Shown: one piece after another, positions 46,270 to 60,470 of the stretch | Position numbering within the stretch: position 1 is the first letter of the stretch | How the letters are laid out: every line of letters begins with the position of its first letter | NCBI GenBank assembly: GCA_964016885.1 | Contig: OZ024748.1 | Span: forward strand, 5,642,001-5,706,000 | Length of the DNA: 64,000 nt | From: Eledone cirrhosa | Taxonomy: Eukaryota | Reading direction: 5' to 3' | Notes under the pieces: generated by a model | The model's input: the letters and a program-made list of their open reading frames with translations, nothing else | Database searches by the model: none | Told to the model about the DNA's origin: nothing | Made by a program: the position numbers and the translations under genes

Positions 46270-46864
46270 TATTTCTCACTATTTCTCAATATTTAACGTA
46301 TAAATGTGTACACTTTGCTTTCACTTTGGCTGATATCTGAATGATATTTGCTTAATTAAAGCATAGAGTGAGTGAGAAAACGATTGAAGGCATTTCTGTC
46401 CTCTCCGATGAATATATATATTGCTATTTCTTAGTCTAATAGACATACATGAAACAAATGTCGAGGTTAATCCTGATGAAGATGATGACATAAAGATCAC
46501 GATGAAAATACAAAGATTTGAAATCCAAATAACCTTTAGTAAAGCAGTCAATTTTAATATAATTCCTAATACTATGAAACTCTAATCCATGCAGCCATTT
46601 TGTTTCTATTCCATTGTTTGTAAAAGAAAAAAAAAACATCGTAAAGTATCGAAAAGTTCATTTCAATTTGAAATCGGCCATGTTTTGATTCCTATGGTCG
46701 TGTCTATATGTATGGTTTTTATGAGATTTTCAGTTCATATGTTTATGACTTTTTGAATGTTTGTGTGAGTGTGTGTATGCGTGCAGGGATTTATATCTGC
46801 ACACATACATATAACCTCACTCATATATATGTGTGTGTAGGTGTGTGTGTGCGCGCGTGTGTAG

Positions 46865-46910
<46 letters not shown>

Positions 46911-47207
46911 GTATGTATGTGCATGTAAGTTTGTGTGTGTAAGTGATTTTAAGTTTGCTTCTGTGTATATTTATACGACGTTTTGAATGTGTGTGTTACT
47001 TTATAATACCTGTACTCGGAAATATGAATAAATTGAACATAGCAAGGAAGAAAATATAGAAAAAAAAATATATAAAGCCACGAGTAAAACTTTGGAAGAA
47101 AATATTTTGAAAAATAATAGAAATGTGTTTACAATGCATAAAAAAATAAAATTATTCCAAAATAAATATTAATCATAATAAGAACAAATAATAATAATAA
47201 CAATAAC

Positions 47208-47247
<40 letters not shown>

Positions 47248-47875
47248 TTAATAATAATAATAAATTGATTATATTATACGTTTAAGTTCTATATTGTTTT
47301 ACAATATTTTAAGTTTATTTTATGAATTTTGTTCATAGATTATAGTTTTTTTTAACAGAGCCTTCTAGCATTTGCTTCCCACCCAGCATGAATTTAATTA
47401 AATAATGGATTTCTCAATTGTAAACAGAATAAAATTCTATAGGAATTACAGTTATGCTAAACTTAATCAATGGGGAACAATTATTGGTGTTAAGAATTGA
47501 AGGAAAAAAAAGTCGAAAAAATATGAATATAGGAAGGTATAAAGAAAGAAAGAAAACAGTAACAATAGCATGGCAATCTAGGAGTACCCGAATGTATTGT
47601 GAAATGGGGGAAACTATGACAGAGAGGATAGAGAAAAGAAAGAAGGGTGTAAGAAGGGGTGAATGAGAGAAAGAGAAAACAAAGGGAAAGGATTGGATAG
47701 AAGGGTGTGAGAGTAAGGAAGAGAAAGAAGACATTCAGAAGGTAGAAAGATTGGATTGGATTGATCGAGGGTTGGTAGGCGGAATGGGTTGTGTTTGTGT
47801 AGGTGGATCGGTGGATGGATGGATGGAGGGATGGATGAACTGAGATCTGGGATGAGTATATAGAGACATATAAAT

Positions 47876-48025
<150 letters not shown>

Positions 48026-48157
48026 CCTTTTATTGTTATATAACCAACTCTAAATATATATATATAACAAAAGCTTTACAAAAGTACAAACAATCAAATC
48101 ATAACGAATATTGATACAACGAGAGAAAAAGTTACATTGAAAGGGAAAATATATACA

Positions 48158-48210
<53 letters not shown>

Positions 48211-49061
48211 CTTGACAGACACACTGATGATTACTTAATATGGCTAAGTGATGAGTCAGGTTACACAGGAGTTTCACCTGTGCAAGTACTAGACCATCCT
48301 CCAAGATACAAGCTTGCTTGTTAATCTTATAAATTCACATGTACAACACCAGGGTACAAAGATTTCTCTGGACCATAATAACCAACATATACATATATAT
48401 ATATGTGTGTTCAGTGTGTAACTACAGCTACAGACAGTGCGTTGTTGGAAGCAATCCCTGCCGTTAAGGCGCCTGAAATGTGCAGAGTGTAAATAAAATA
48501 AGTTGGATCGAGTCACTGTTGTAGCATCTATGCTGCAACAGTGATTTGATCCTACCTACGTCATATATATACATATATATAGTGAGAGCTCGAGAGAAAG
48601 AGATAGGGATGCAGGTAACTGAACGCAATAATTCTTTAATGAATTACTTAAATTTAAAATCAATACATCAGAGAGGCTTACATTCGATTCGTGTGTTATT
48701 TCTTTGCAGAATGGTGAACGAGAGCAGAAACATCTGGTGATGTTGTATGTAAAGAATATATCCATCGACATCAAAATTAAATGTATTAAATTAAATGTAT
48801 TAAACTAAGATTTGATTGTTTGATATTTTGTATCTCGGCTCTGTAATACATTTGATAATTTACATTGAGCCTTTTCTCTTACTGATAATTGGCTAGTGAT
48901 TAGTACTACCCTTATAATTATATATAAACCATATATAAGTATAAATATTATTAATATTACTATCCATCTACATCTACATTTCTCTACATCTGTCAGTACT
49001 AGGTAATGCTGGGACCCTATTTATCAATCGAAACACTTAAACACATATAGATAGATAGATA

Positions 49062-49982
49062 TGTTTCTTTATTAGCCACAGGGGCACAAAAGAAAGGGAC
49101 AAATACAAAGGGGGAAGTTTACATACAATAAAAACGTGTAAAATGTTATCACAAATGCAATTTTAAAAAATTAGTCGATTTTCCCCAATAAGGGGAGACA
49201 GTTCATATGGGTAACACATACCCCCGAAAAAATGTGCAACCCTCATCTCCAGGAGTACGAAGAGTTTGTACTCCTTTCCTCTCCTCCTCCTTTTCCTCAA
49301 CCTACAGGCTGATATAGAGAGAAGGCCCATTCACTCGGGCCATTCTAGCCACTTTCACCCACCTTTCATAAAACTTGCTGGGGTACAGCACCTCTCTCTC
49401 CATACTGATTCTTCTTCCAAAGTGGTATTTGAAAAAAAGAATCAGTTGTTGGCCGGAGAGAAAGGTGTCTGACCTCAGCCCTTTCAACCTTATCCACCAT
49501 ACAATCTCTTTCGCAATAGCTATCACACAAAGGAAAACCACCTCTCCTTAGTTTTTGAAGGAGGGTGGCGGTTTGATTATGACAATGGACTCGGTGGTCA
49601 ACCGTATTGGTCCCAGCCGCAACAATAGTCGTTCTACATAGCCCCACAGGACAGTGACGCCTGGGCAGTGTATGAATGCGTGCGCGACGGTTTCTTCGTT
49701 ACGCACGCACCTCGGACAGATCTTTTTTGCAGGGTCCCTGCCCGGGCGCCCATGTCTGTAGAGCTTGTCTCGAACTGGTAGAGCTCTCGGTAGCACTGCC
49801 AGACCAGGGACATTTGGAAGGTATCCATCGGTCCCGGGCGGAAGGTCCTACCGAACAGACTGGCCAGTTCATCTTCCTCTACACCTAGAGATTCACCGAG
49901 CGCGTCGTCGCACTTGCTGCGGATCAACCCTCTATAGAATGACGAAGTGGAGTCTCCACTGATCGCCGGGTCCGCCTGCCAG
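49062..49982 (-). mobile_element. 5'-truncated Tx1/L1-clade LINE: ORF2 C-terminus (zf-RVT-like) and 3' UTR, pseudogenised
   Basis: Conceptual peptide ...LVWQCYR/ALPVRDKLYRHG...CPRCVRNEETVAHAFIHCP...LW...K*GEVVFLCVIAIAKEIVWWIR...SLYISL*. One frameshift near 49786, an in-frame stop at 49550-49548, ORF stop at 49304-49302, AATAAA at 49073-49068. (GATA)n on both sides. Confidence 0.85.
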
Positions 49983-49983
49983 T

Positions 49984-50034
<51 letters not shown>

Positions 50035-50036
<2 letters not shown>

Positions 50037-50166
50037 TTCTTTATTTGCCACAAGGGCACACAAGAAAAGGGGACAATGCAAGGACAAATGGCGGGGATTT
50101 TACATACAATCGTGTAAGAAAAATCTTTAACAAACAAATTCAACAATCGAAATCCCCAATAGGGGG
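50035..50166 (-). mobile_element. Second 3' UTR fragment of a related Tx1-like LINE
   Basis: ttctttatttgccacaagggcaca...ttacatacaat...ccccaatagggg parallels 49065-49195; (GATA)n on both sides. Confidence 0.75.
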
Positions 50167-50289
50167 ATAGATAGATAATTAGATATATAGGTAGATAGAT
50201 AGAATAGGTAGGCAGATAGATAGTTAGATAAATAGGTAGATAGATAGATAGATCTCTTACGTATTTATGCATGTATATATATGTATATA

Positions 50290-50635
50290 TATATGGTACA
50301 TATATGATGGTATCCAATGATGTTGACTTGTTCTTCTTTTTGGTAAATATCATCTTGGATAAGAGAGTGGGACTGGCTTTGTGCAGTACCTTTGCTCACT
50401 ATAAAAGCTTCACGGCACAAGCATTGCTTTATATCTGGAGATCTCTCTGCACTTGTCGTCACATGGTACCATGGGCCCAGCACTATGTGTCAATAATTGT
50501 CACAAGTGTAGTGTTTGTACCAGAGTTTTCAAGTCGGTGGCTGGACTAAAAAGTCACACTCGTTCAGCGCATCGGTAGGGGTTCACCTACATGGATATAA
50601 AGTAGTGGCCGTACTCGAAAACGAGTTGGCAGCCA

Positions 50636-50640
<5 letters not shown>
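50290..50640 (-). mobile_element. Possible 5' portion of the R4/Dong-like element
   Basis: Minus start atggtggctgccaactc...gagtgtgactttttagtc resembles the start of the 11505-11400 relic; begins at a (TA)n run. Confidence 0.35.
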
Positions 50641-50677
<37 letters not shown>

Positions 50678-50779
50678 TGGAATATATGCCCCACACACGT
50701 TCTTTCAATCTATATTTAACATCTGATCTTCGTCATATTCTATCTTTCAGTCTCTCCTTCTCTCACTTTCTCCCTTCAA

Positions 50780-50900
<121 letters not shown>

Positions 50901-51299
50901 TCTTTCTTCTCTTTAACCTAAGCTCTCATTTCTTTAGCATCAGTCATTTGCTGCATTATTTTCTTATTTCTTTGAATTATTTCCTTTATTTATTTATTTA
51001 TTTATTTATTTAATTATTAAATTATATATTTTGTATGTTTCATTTTTAGATTTTTTTTTTCATTAAAAAATCGTTAAAAGTAAACAAATTATAATAGAAT
51101 ATAAAATAAAACAGCATAGAATAAAGGAATAAAGGGATGAGAGTGAAGAGAGAATGACAGAATGATTCCCTCTCTATAGAAGCGTATGATAACCTGTAAT
51201 TAGTATTCTTAAATTGGCCTTTCACCAATGACAGGACACGGTTAGCTTTTGATGTCCAGGGATAGGATGGATGAACAGACATAGAGAATGTGCAGATGT

Positions 51300-51356
<57 letters not shown>

Positions 51357-51360
<4 letters not shown>

Positions 51361-51458
51361 TGGGTGTCCCCCAAATAATGTATACACACTTCAGCATCAT
51401 TCTAATAAATATTGTCTGTACAAATAACCAAAGTGTCTATACACTTTTTTGGGACACC

Positions 51459-51462
<4 letters not shown>
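51357..51462. mobile_element. ~105-bp Tc1/mariner-type MITE
   Basis: TIRs gggtgtccc..aataatgtatacacactt / aagtgtctatacacttttttgggacacc, inside (TA)n; second copy at 22452-22556. Confidence 0.7.
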
Positions 51463-51512
<50 letters not shown>

Positions 51513-51700
51513 TTGTGGCTATGTGTGTATTTGTAAATATGAGTGTGTGTGTGAGAGTTAAAGAAGAGAAACCTAGTTCGACAGGCGTAGGTAGAGATAA
51601 TTAGTGATATGTGAGTGGAATGAGTGGAAATGAATCAGTTGTGTGTGAATGAGTACATACAGACACACACACACACACACATATATATATGTATATATAT

Positions 51701-51892
51701 ATAGGAAAAAGTATGACCCCGACGGCAGAGATCAAACCGTTTCGACGGCTATTTCTGGACTGAAATAGCCGTCGAAACGGCTTGAGCTCTGCCGTTGGGG
51801 TCACACTTTTTCCTATTTACCACTCTACTACCCTAAGTATTGAGTACTCTGGTGCGTTATGGTCCATCTGGTTCCTTACCACAATTCCTTTG

Positions 51893-51897
<5 letters not shown>
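51701..51897. mobile_element. Family A fold-back cassette
   Basis: Palindrome centred near 51758, followed by the tail hairpin at 51822-51845; TA flanks. Confidence 0.85.
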
Positions 51898-51934
<37 letters not shown>

Positions 51935-52065
51935 TATATATATAATATATTATATAATATATATATATAATAAATTCAGAAACGAAATATAATAAATATA
52001 TATATATATATATATAAAATAAAGTTAAATAAAAGTCAAATGATTAAAATTTAGCTTCGTTTATT

Positions 52066-52120
52066 ACTGCTATATATATTTCAGTGACAGCCATCTTTGG
52101 CTGTGACCTCTTCAGGCAGT
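52066..52120 (-). ncRNA. Minimal type-I hammerhead ribozyme (mirror copy)
   Basis: Exact reverse complement of 52299-52353. Confidence 0.88.
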
Positions 52121-52298
52121 TTGAATTAGTATGGTATAGACAAGTACATATGTTGTTTAGGTGTATGATATTGTCAATACTCTGATATGCCCAGTTCCTT
52201 AGTGAATTAACAACCCAACAAGGAACTGGGCATATCAGAGTATTGACAATATCATACACCTAAACAACATATGTACTTGTCTATACCATACTAATCAA

Positions 52299-52353
52299 AC
52301 TGCCTGAAGAGGTCACAGCCAAAGATGGCTGTCACTGAAATATATATAGCAGT
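52299..52353 (+). ncRNA. Minimal type-I hammerhead ribozyme
   Basis: Stem I ACUGC/GCAGU; CUGAAGA at 52304-52310; stem II GGU-C-ACAGCCA-AAGA-UGGCUGU-C-ACU; GAAA at 52337-52340; stem III U-AUAU-A (palindromic); predicted cleavage after AUA at 52348. Confidence 0.88.
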
Positions 52354-52486
52354 AATAAACGAAGCTAAATTTTAATCATTTGACTTTTATTTAACTTTAT
52401 TTTACACTACTCCGGAGTAACCAAACCAACCCGCGCAAGTGCTCCAGCCTGCATACTGAGGTGTTGGTATACAACCAACATAAACT

Positions 52487-52577
<91 letters not shown>

Positions 52578-52580
52578 CAA

Positions 52581-52618
<38 letters not shown>

Positions 52619-52815
52619 ATGTATATATATATATATATCAGATCACCAATTGGTGGTATCTTACCTCCTATATAAACCAGCGGAGGAAACTCCTGGTATT
52701 GACTGCGGTTTATATAGTGATGACGACGCACTCCTTACCTTCCTTAGTATAATAAGCAACAAATCTGACTTCCTATTGTCACCCCTCTCTCTCTCCCTCT
52801 TTCTCACTGTATGTG

Positions 52816-52886
<71 letters not shown>

Positions 52887-52894
52887 TGAGAAAG

Positions 52895-52942
<48 letters not shown>

Positions 52943-53227
52943 AGAGAGAGAGAGAGAGATAGAGAGATGTGTGTGTGTGTGTGTAAATTGTAAACAGAAA
53001 TGATGAAACAGACACAGTACATTGAAGAAATACGTACATATATATATGTATACAGACGTACAGTAGTATGTATATATATATACATACATGCACACATATA
53101 TATATGTACGTATGGATTTACCGTACATTTATTATAATGCTCGGTTTGTTTGTAAACAAACATCCCGAATTAAACGGTACAGTGTATAGCAACCATCGTT
53201 GCCCGTTTGTTCAACACTGACAAAGGA

Positions 53228-53270
53228 ACGATGTACTAGTTTCAAGCTTATTAGCTATCGTCAGCACCGT
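53228..53270 (-). ncRNA. Solitary minimal hammerhead ribozyme
   Basis: Minus strand: ACGGUG-CUGACGA-U-AGCU-AAUA-AGCU-U-GAAA-C-UA-G-UA-CAUCGU. Stem I is 6 bp, stem III is the ACUAGU palindrome, and the base of stem II is a U-U mismatch. Confidence 0.7.
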
Positions 53271-53710
53271 ATACCTTCCTGCCAGATGATTGAACGTCTA
53301 AAAGTATATACTTTCCTTATGCATATTAACGGCTGAGCAGCCTAATTTGCATATCGAGTGAGTTAATCTGCCGGGCGCACCGAAAACGATATATATATAT
53401 ATATATATGAAAAGATGGCGTGCTGCGTGGTTGCAAATGGGTTACATATGAATAAATGTAGTCCTTCATCAGTGATCTTCCAGCCTTCATTGGTATTTCA
53501 TCGCTTTAAAGACCATATACCTCCGGTTGGTGCGAGCAACGGCTAAAGAAAGTCGTTGGGACACGTAAATAGGGGGAACGAGCGAGACAGTAAACAAACA
53601 AAGATGGTAATGCAACGAAAAGTGAGGAAGAAGGAGTCAATTCCCTGAAATCGATGAACATAAGTTTTGTAAGAGGTTAACGGGACTAAATATATTTACA
53701 TATATATATT

Positions 53711-53760
<50 letters not shown>

Positions 53761-53763
<3 letters not shown>

Positions 53764-53962
53764 CGAAGGAAATGTGGTAAGGAACCAGATGGACCATAAC
53801 GCACCAAAGTACTCAATACTTAGGGTAGTTGAGTGGGTAATAGGAATCAGTAGGACCCCGACGGCTGAGGTCAAACCGTTTCGGCGGCTAATTCTGGACT
53901 AAATTTAGTCAAGAATTAGCCGTCGAAACGGCTTGAGCTCAGCCGTCGGGGTCCTACTCGTT

Positions 53963-53968
<6 letters not shown>
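53761..53968. mobile_element. Family A fold-back cassette (tail on the left)
   Basis: Palindrome centred near 53904; (TA)n on both sides. Confidence 0.85.
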
Positions 53969-54024
<56 letters not shown>

Positions 54025-54095
54025 TATTGTAGAAATATATAGGCACTGTATTTAGCTGAGTTTTCTAGTTTTTAATATCGTTCAAGCGTCAAAAC

Positions 54096-54194
<99 letters not shown>

Positions 54195-55089
54195 TTTAAC
54201 ATCTTTTCCATGTTGTTTATATAAATATATACACATACATACCTACATACGTATGGACAAGTGGAGAAAGATAACAAATATGGGGATATAAATGAGAGCG
54301 AGAGACAGAATGAGAGAATGAGAGAGAGATGTTGAGAGAGAGAGCGAGAGGGAGAGAGAATGAGAGAGAGTGCGAGAGAGAGAAAATGAGAGAGATTGAG
54401 AGAGATAGGGGGTGGGGAGAAAACTATAAAGAGAGTGAGACTTTCAGACCTTGATAACAAAACAAAAACAACAAAATAACAATATATATAAAAAAATAAT
54501 AATAATAAATAAATAAAAATAATGCAAGTTGGGGTTGGTTACCCTTGACAACCGCACTTCTCTAATTATGTTAGTTCGTAAACCTTAATGGCGCCGATCA
54601 AAAAGCTTTTTTTTTTTTGTTCTTTTCATTTTCCTTTTTTCTTTCTTTCTTTCTTTCTTTCTTTCTGTCTTTCCTTCCTTCTTAGTGTCGTTTTCTCATT
54701 AAATACTACTGCATCTGATGTTTCACCACCATTTTGTTTGTATGTTGTATTTATTTATTATTTTCCTTTTTTTCTATTTCTATTCTCTCTCATTCTCTCT
54801 CATTCTCTTTCATCTCTGTCTCTCCGTCTCTCTCTCTCTCTCTCTCTCGCATTCTCTTTCACTCTCTTCATCACTCTCACTCTCTTTCTGTCTCTTCATC
54901 ACTCTCACTCTCTCTCGCTCTTTCTCTCCGTTTATATCTTTCATTTCATCATTTCTTAGTTTCCAATTTTCTTTCATTCTTGCCTTATTTTTCTCCATCT
55001 TCCATCTCCATGTCTCTTTCATTTAAACTTTCACCACATAAGACACATGTATGTATGTATGTATGTATGTATGTATGTATGTATGTATG

Positions 55090-55174
<85 letters not shown>

Positions 55175-55234
55175 AAATAGAGGTTGGATCGCGAACTTGG
55201 ATGCTTTCAGCTTGTAACTCTTCTAACCCTCCCC

Positions 55235-55296
<62 letters not shown>

Positions 55297-55353
55297 ATTT
55301 ACATAATATACATAAATATATATATATATACATATATACATATATACACAGAT

Positions 55354-55406
<53 letters not shown>

Positions 55407-55423
55407 TACATATATACACACAT

Positions 55424-55486
<63 letters not shown>

Positions 55487-56205
55487 AATATACATATATA
55501 TACATATATATATATTTATATACGTATGTATATATATGAATGTCTGTATGTGTATATACATACGTAGAGACGCAGCAAGATCACTGTTACATACACGCAC
55601 AAGTAGCATTCCTCACACAGGCACTACCTCACAGAATCCCAGATCAACCAGACATATAACAACACAAACACATGTTTGCAGATACATCTACGCAAACTTA
55701 TTCTTTCTTTAAAATTTTCTTTCCCTTGTTTTCTTCATGATTCTCTCTCCTTCATCTTCCAAGGAATCTTACATTTCTTTATCACTTATTATATTCCTCC
55801 ATATGTCCCATCTCCTATAATCGCTTCACCTCTCCCAGCCCGCACATATCTGATTGGTCTAGACATGGCTGACATGCGAATATATAATTTGCAGTAATAA
55901 TCGACGGCAAAGACCTGGGCAGAAGTATTCAATGTGCGTCGCTGTTTGGTTAGACACTAATAGTTAGAATGACGTAGCGCTTATAACCACACACGCACAC
56001 ACACACAACACACACGCATATATATATATATATATATAAATATATATACACGCACACACACTCAATTACACACATATGTAAGTAATAGTATTAAAAATAA
56101 ATATTAAAAATATATATAAATATATTGTTATTAGCAGTCTTAACAAAAACAACATCAACAAGAACACCATCACCACCTACAGCAGCAATAAATAACTATG
56201 ATATT

Positions 56206-56417
56206 AATAACGATTTCTAGTATAGGCACAAGGTCAGTAATTTGGGTGGAGGGGAAAGTCGATTAAATCGACTCCAGTACGTTACTGGTTTTATCGGCCC
56301 CGTAAGGATGAAAGGCAAATGTAATGTCGGCGGGATATGAACTCAGACCGTAAAGGACCATAACTCTATGCTGCAAAGCATAGTGTCCGACTCTACCGAT
56401 ACTGCCAATCTACCGCC
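56206..56417 (-). mobile_element. SINE S1 (longer 3' variant), head-to-head with the next copy
   Basis: Reverse complement of S1 with the gtcgattaaatcgac insert. Confidence 0.85.
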
Positions 56418-56473
56418 ATTATGATATAAGTAATAATAATGTATTCCATTATTTGTCAAAGTATTATTATTGA

Positions 56474-56652
56474 ATTGGCAGTATTGGTAGAGGGTCAGAC
56501 ATGCTTTCCAGCGTAGTTACGTCCCTTTACGATCTGAGTTCAAATCCCGCCGAGGTTAACTTTGCCTTTCATCCTTACGGGGTCGATAAATAAAGTACCA
56601 GTAATACACTGGATAATTGCTGGCCTTGTGCCAAAAGTAGAAACAATTATTA
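56474..56652 (+). mobile_element. SINE S1, full length
   Basis: A box, B box, core and tail. Confidence 0.9.
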
Positions 56653-57233
56653 ATAGTTATTTCTGGTGATGATATTCTCTCCAATCTATATACAACATAC
56701 CGTTAGGTCTGGTAATATACCCAACATCAGACATACTGAGGCAAATCTTATATAAAAAAAGAATATTATAAATATCATCATCAACCTCTCCATCATCATC
56801 TTCACCATCATCACAATCATCATCATCAAAACAAGCCGCATCATGTCTATTGTTAATTTTGTTATTAAAAAATATTGTATTTGTTTATGTATTGTTTATT
56901 ATGTTGCTTTTTGTGTTTATTTTATGTTCTATGTTGATGTTGTTGTTGTTGTTGTAGTCGTCGTCCTTGTTATTTAAAAGGTCCACAGCAATATCGGTAA
57001 TAGCCACTGATCTTATTATTGATTATCGAACTCGATAATTGTAACACTAACGAAAGACTACTTTTATTTAGTATTTTTATTTATTTATTTACTATTTCTT
57101 TTTTTCTTTTAGTAAGTGACTTCGGCCCACACACTGCTTACTCAGAGACATGTAAAGATAGAAAGATAGACAAACAGATAACAACAACTACATACAGCCA
57201 TCTCTCTCTATATATATACATATATATATACAT

Positions 57234-57587
<354 letters not shown>

Positions 57588-57590
57588 TTT

Positions 57591-57627
<37 letters not shown>

Positions 57628-57668
57628 AATAGAGACAGAGAGAGAAAGAAAGAAAGAAGAGAGAGAAA

Positions 57669-57706
<38 letters not shown>

Positions 57707-58472
57707 TAGAGAGAGAGATATATATATATAGAGAGAGAGACAGACAAACAGACAAACAGACATACATATAGATATCGTAAGTATTCGGGGACCGTCTATA
57801 TTGTAAAGACTAGAACTATCTGTTGAAACGGCAAGAGCTCAGCTGTCGGGCCCCGACAAACTCTACCATAATAAAAAAGTTTAAAACTGGTTCTATCCTA
57901 TATATATATATATATAGTCTAAATATATGTGTAGATGTATGTGTGTAAGTGTATTAGTGTGTGCCTAAAAGGACATATAAATAAATAGATAGATATGGAA
58001 TGAAAGGGAATGGAAGAGTGAGATAGTCAAATATATGGATGGATGGATGGACTGATATATAGATGGACAAGTAATGATTGAAAGACCAAACAGACATACA
58101 AAACATATTATCTACTCTGATACACACAGATATTCCAACAAACAATCAGATATGGAAAGAGAAGAAAAAATAAAGAGAATCTGTGTGAGAAGACGAGAGT
58201 AAAAGATAGAGAAACGTCAGATAAGCAGAGATAAACAAATAAAACACAGGTTATATATGTACGTGTGTGTGTGTATTTGTAAGTGTGGTGAGGGTCTTTT
58301 GTGTCTGTGTGCTTGTATGTGTTGTAAATGTCAAATGTGTGGTTGGGTGTGTGCGCGTGTGTGTGTGTGTGTGTGAAATTATATGTATGCGGAAATGGAG
58401 GCGTCTGTAATCATCTACTGACGAAAATATGTATATACGCATTTGTATATTCAGACATGTATGCTTGTATGT

Positions 58473-58572
<100 letters not shown>

Positions 58573-58693
58573 TCATAGATATATATAAATATATATATAC
58601 ATAGATAGATATATATGTGTATACATAAATATATATAATATAATATATATATATACATATATATACATATATATATACATATATATATACGTA

Positions 58694-58725
<32 letters not shown>

Positions 58726-58835
58726 ATATATATATATATACATATATATATACATATATATATACATATATATATACATATATATACATATATATATACA
58801 TATATATACAGATATACATACATATATATATATAT

Positions 58836-58892
<57 letters not shown>

Positions 58893-58897
58893 TATAT

Positions 58898-58951
<54 letters not shown>

Positions 58952-59350
58952 ACGTTTATATACATATACATATACGTATACGTATACTACAGACACATAC
59001 ATTGCCATTGTTTATGTGTTTACGTAGCCATACGTAAAGCAATAATGATAGTTTTCTCATTAAATGTGAGGTAGGCGACCTATAATTGCCTACAATTCCA
59101 CCATATTTACTTTTAAACGTAACTAGATGGTCAGATTCTTCTCACCTGTTACATATTTGTCATATTCTTCCTATTAATGTACTATTACATTGAATCAGTT
59201 TAACAGAATGATCAAGCGTTGAAGTTTCTTCTACCAACTGTTAGCTATTCAAATCTCATAACTTATAAATGAAAATACAAAAAAATAACATATACATACG
59301 TTCTCATCGTATCATGGAATATACAGTTGATATTATATATATATATATAT

Positions 59351-59542
59351 ATGAAAAAGTATGACCCCGACGGCAGAGCTCAAGCCGATAGACGGCTATT
59401 TCTGGACTCAGAAATAGCCGTTGAAACGGCTTGAGCTCTGCCGTCGGGGTCATACTTTTTCCTATTTCCCACTCTACTACTCTAAGTATTGAATATTCTG
59501 GTGCGTTATGGTCCATTTGGTTCCTTACCACAATTCCTTTGT

Positions 59543-59545
<3 letters not shown>
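59351..59545. mobile_element. Family A fold-back cassette
   Basis: Palindrome centred near 59406 plus the family A tail; (TA)n on both sides. Confidence 0.85.
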
Positions 59546-59574
<29 letters not shown>

Positions 59575-60406
59575 CATACAGAAAGGGAGAGAGATGTATA
59601 TGTCATGTTGGGGTAATTGCTTGATGGTTAAAGGTCAAGGGTATACGGGAGAGGGTGGAGCGAGTCTTCTGACATAATGCGGTTTTAGTCACTGCAGGTA
59701 ATAATGGATATTTAATGTCTATTCTTTCACAGAAACTGCATAATTTGACGGCTACAGTTTGAAAAAGACCGTCTCCTTCATAATCATATTTAGATCGGGT
59801 TACCTTATGTGGTTCATGTCTGAGGTAGACATTTCGGGATATGTTTTAGTCCTAATATAGATATTTAGTTCAAGATTGGCTCGGTTTTTTCGAACGTAAT
59901 TTTTACGAATTTTGAATCCGAAGGTTTTCCCACTAGATACTTTGTTTAATGTTGGCTCAGTTTACCGAGCACATTGTTTAAACATAGGACATTCGATGAT
60001 TGCTTCTGTTTGTTCTATATATGATTATAATGTATATATGTAAAGAGTAAGTTTATGCAAGTATACATAAATATATGCATATATATCCGTGTCTGTATTC
60101 GTATATATCCGCGTGTGTGTGTTTGACGTTGTGAACATATGATATTTAAATGTAGACTTCAAATGATTATATCAAAAGTGGTGAGAGAAGTGAGCGAAGT
60201 ACTTTTGGATACGATGTGCAGGAATTCACACGTGACCCAATCCATTTCTGAGTCCATCTGAAGGTCTTATATACCTGATATTCTCAACAATTATTTATAC
60301 AATTATTTGCTTTGAAACGATGATTTTCAAAATACAGACACGCATATACAATCACGCTGAAACACACACACTCACATATATATGTATATATAAATATATA
60401 TATATA

Positions 60407-60470
<64 letters not shown>

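Larger units (their letters stand above)
52015..52490. mobile_element. Near-perfect ~185-bp-arm fold-back cassette carrying two complete hammerheads
   Basis: Arms 52015-52200 and 52220-52404 differ by about one indel; tail hairpin at 52409-52440; (TA)n on both sides. Confidence 0.85.

Noticed and set aside
51245-51290. Minus-strand 'HPSYPWTSK' as a possible Lox5 hexapeptide exon
   Set aside because: It reads YPWT rather than YPWM, is preceded by a (TA)n run, and has no Hox-like N-terminus.
53340-53425. Octamer (ATTTGCAT) and AAGATGGCG motifs as a promoter
   Set aside because: No associated gene, and the region more plausibly belongs to a retroelement relic next to the 53228-53270 hammerhead.
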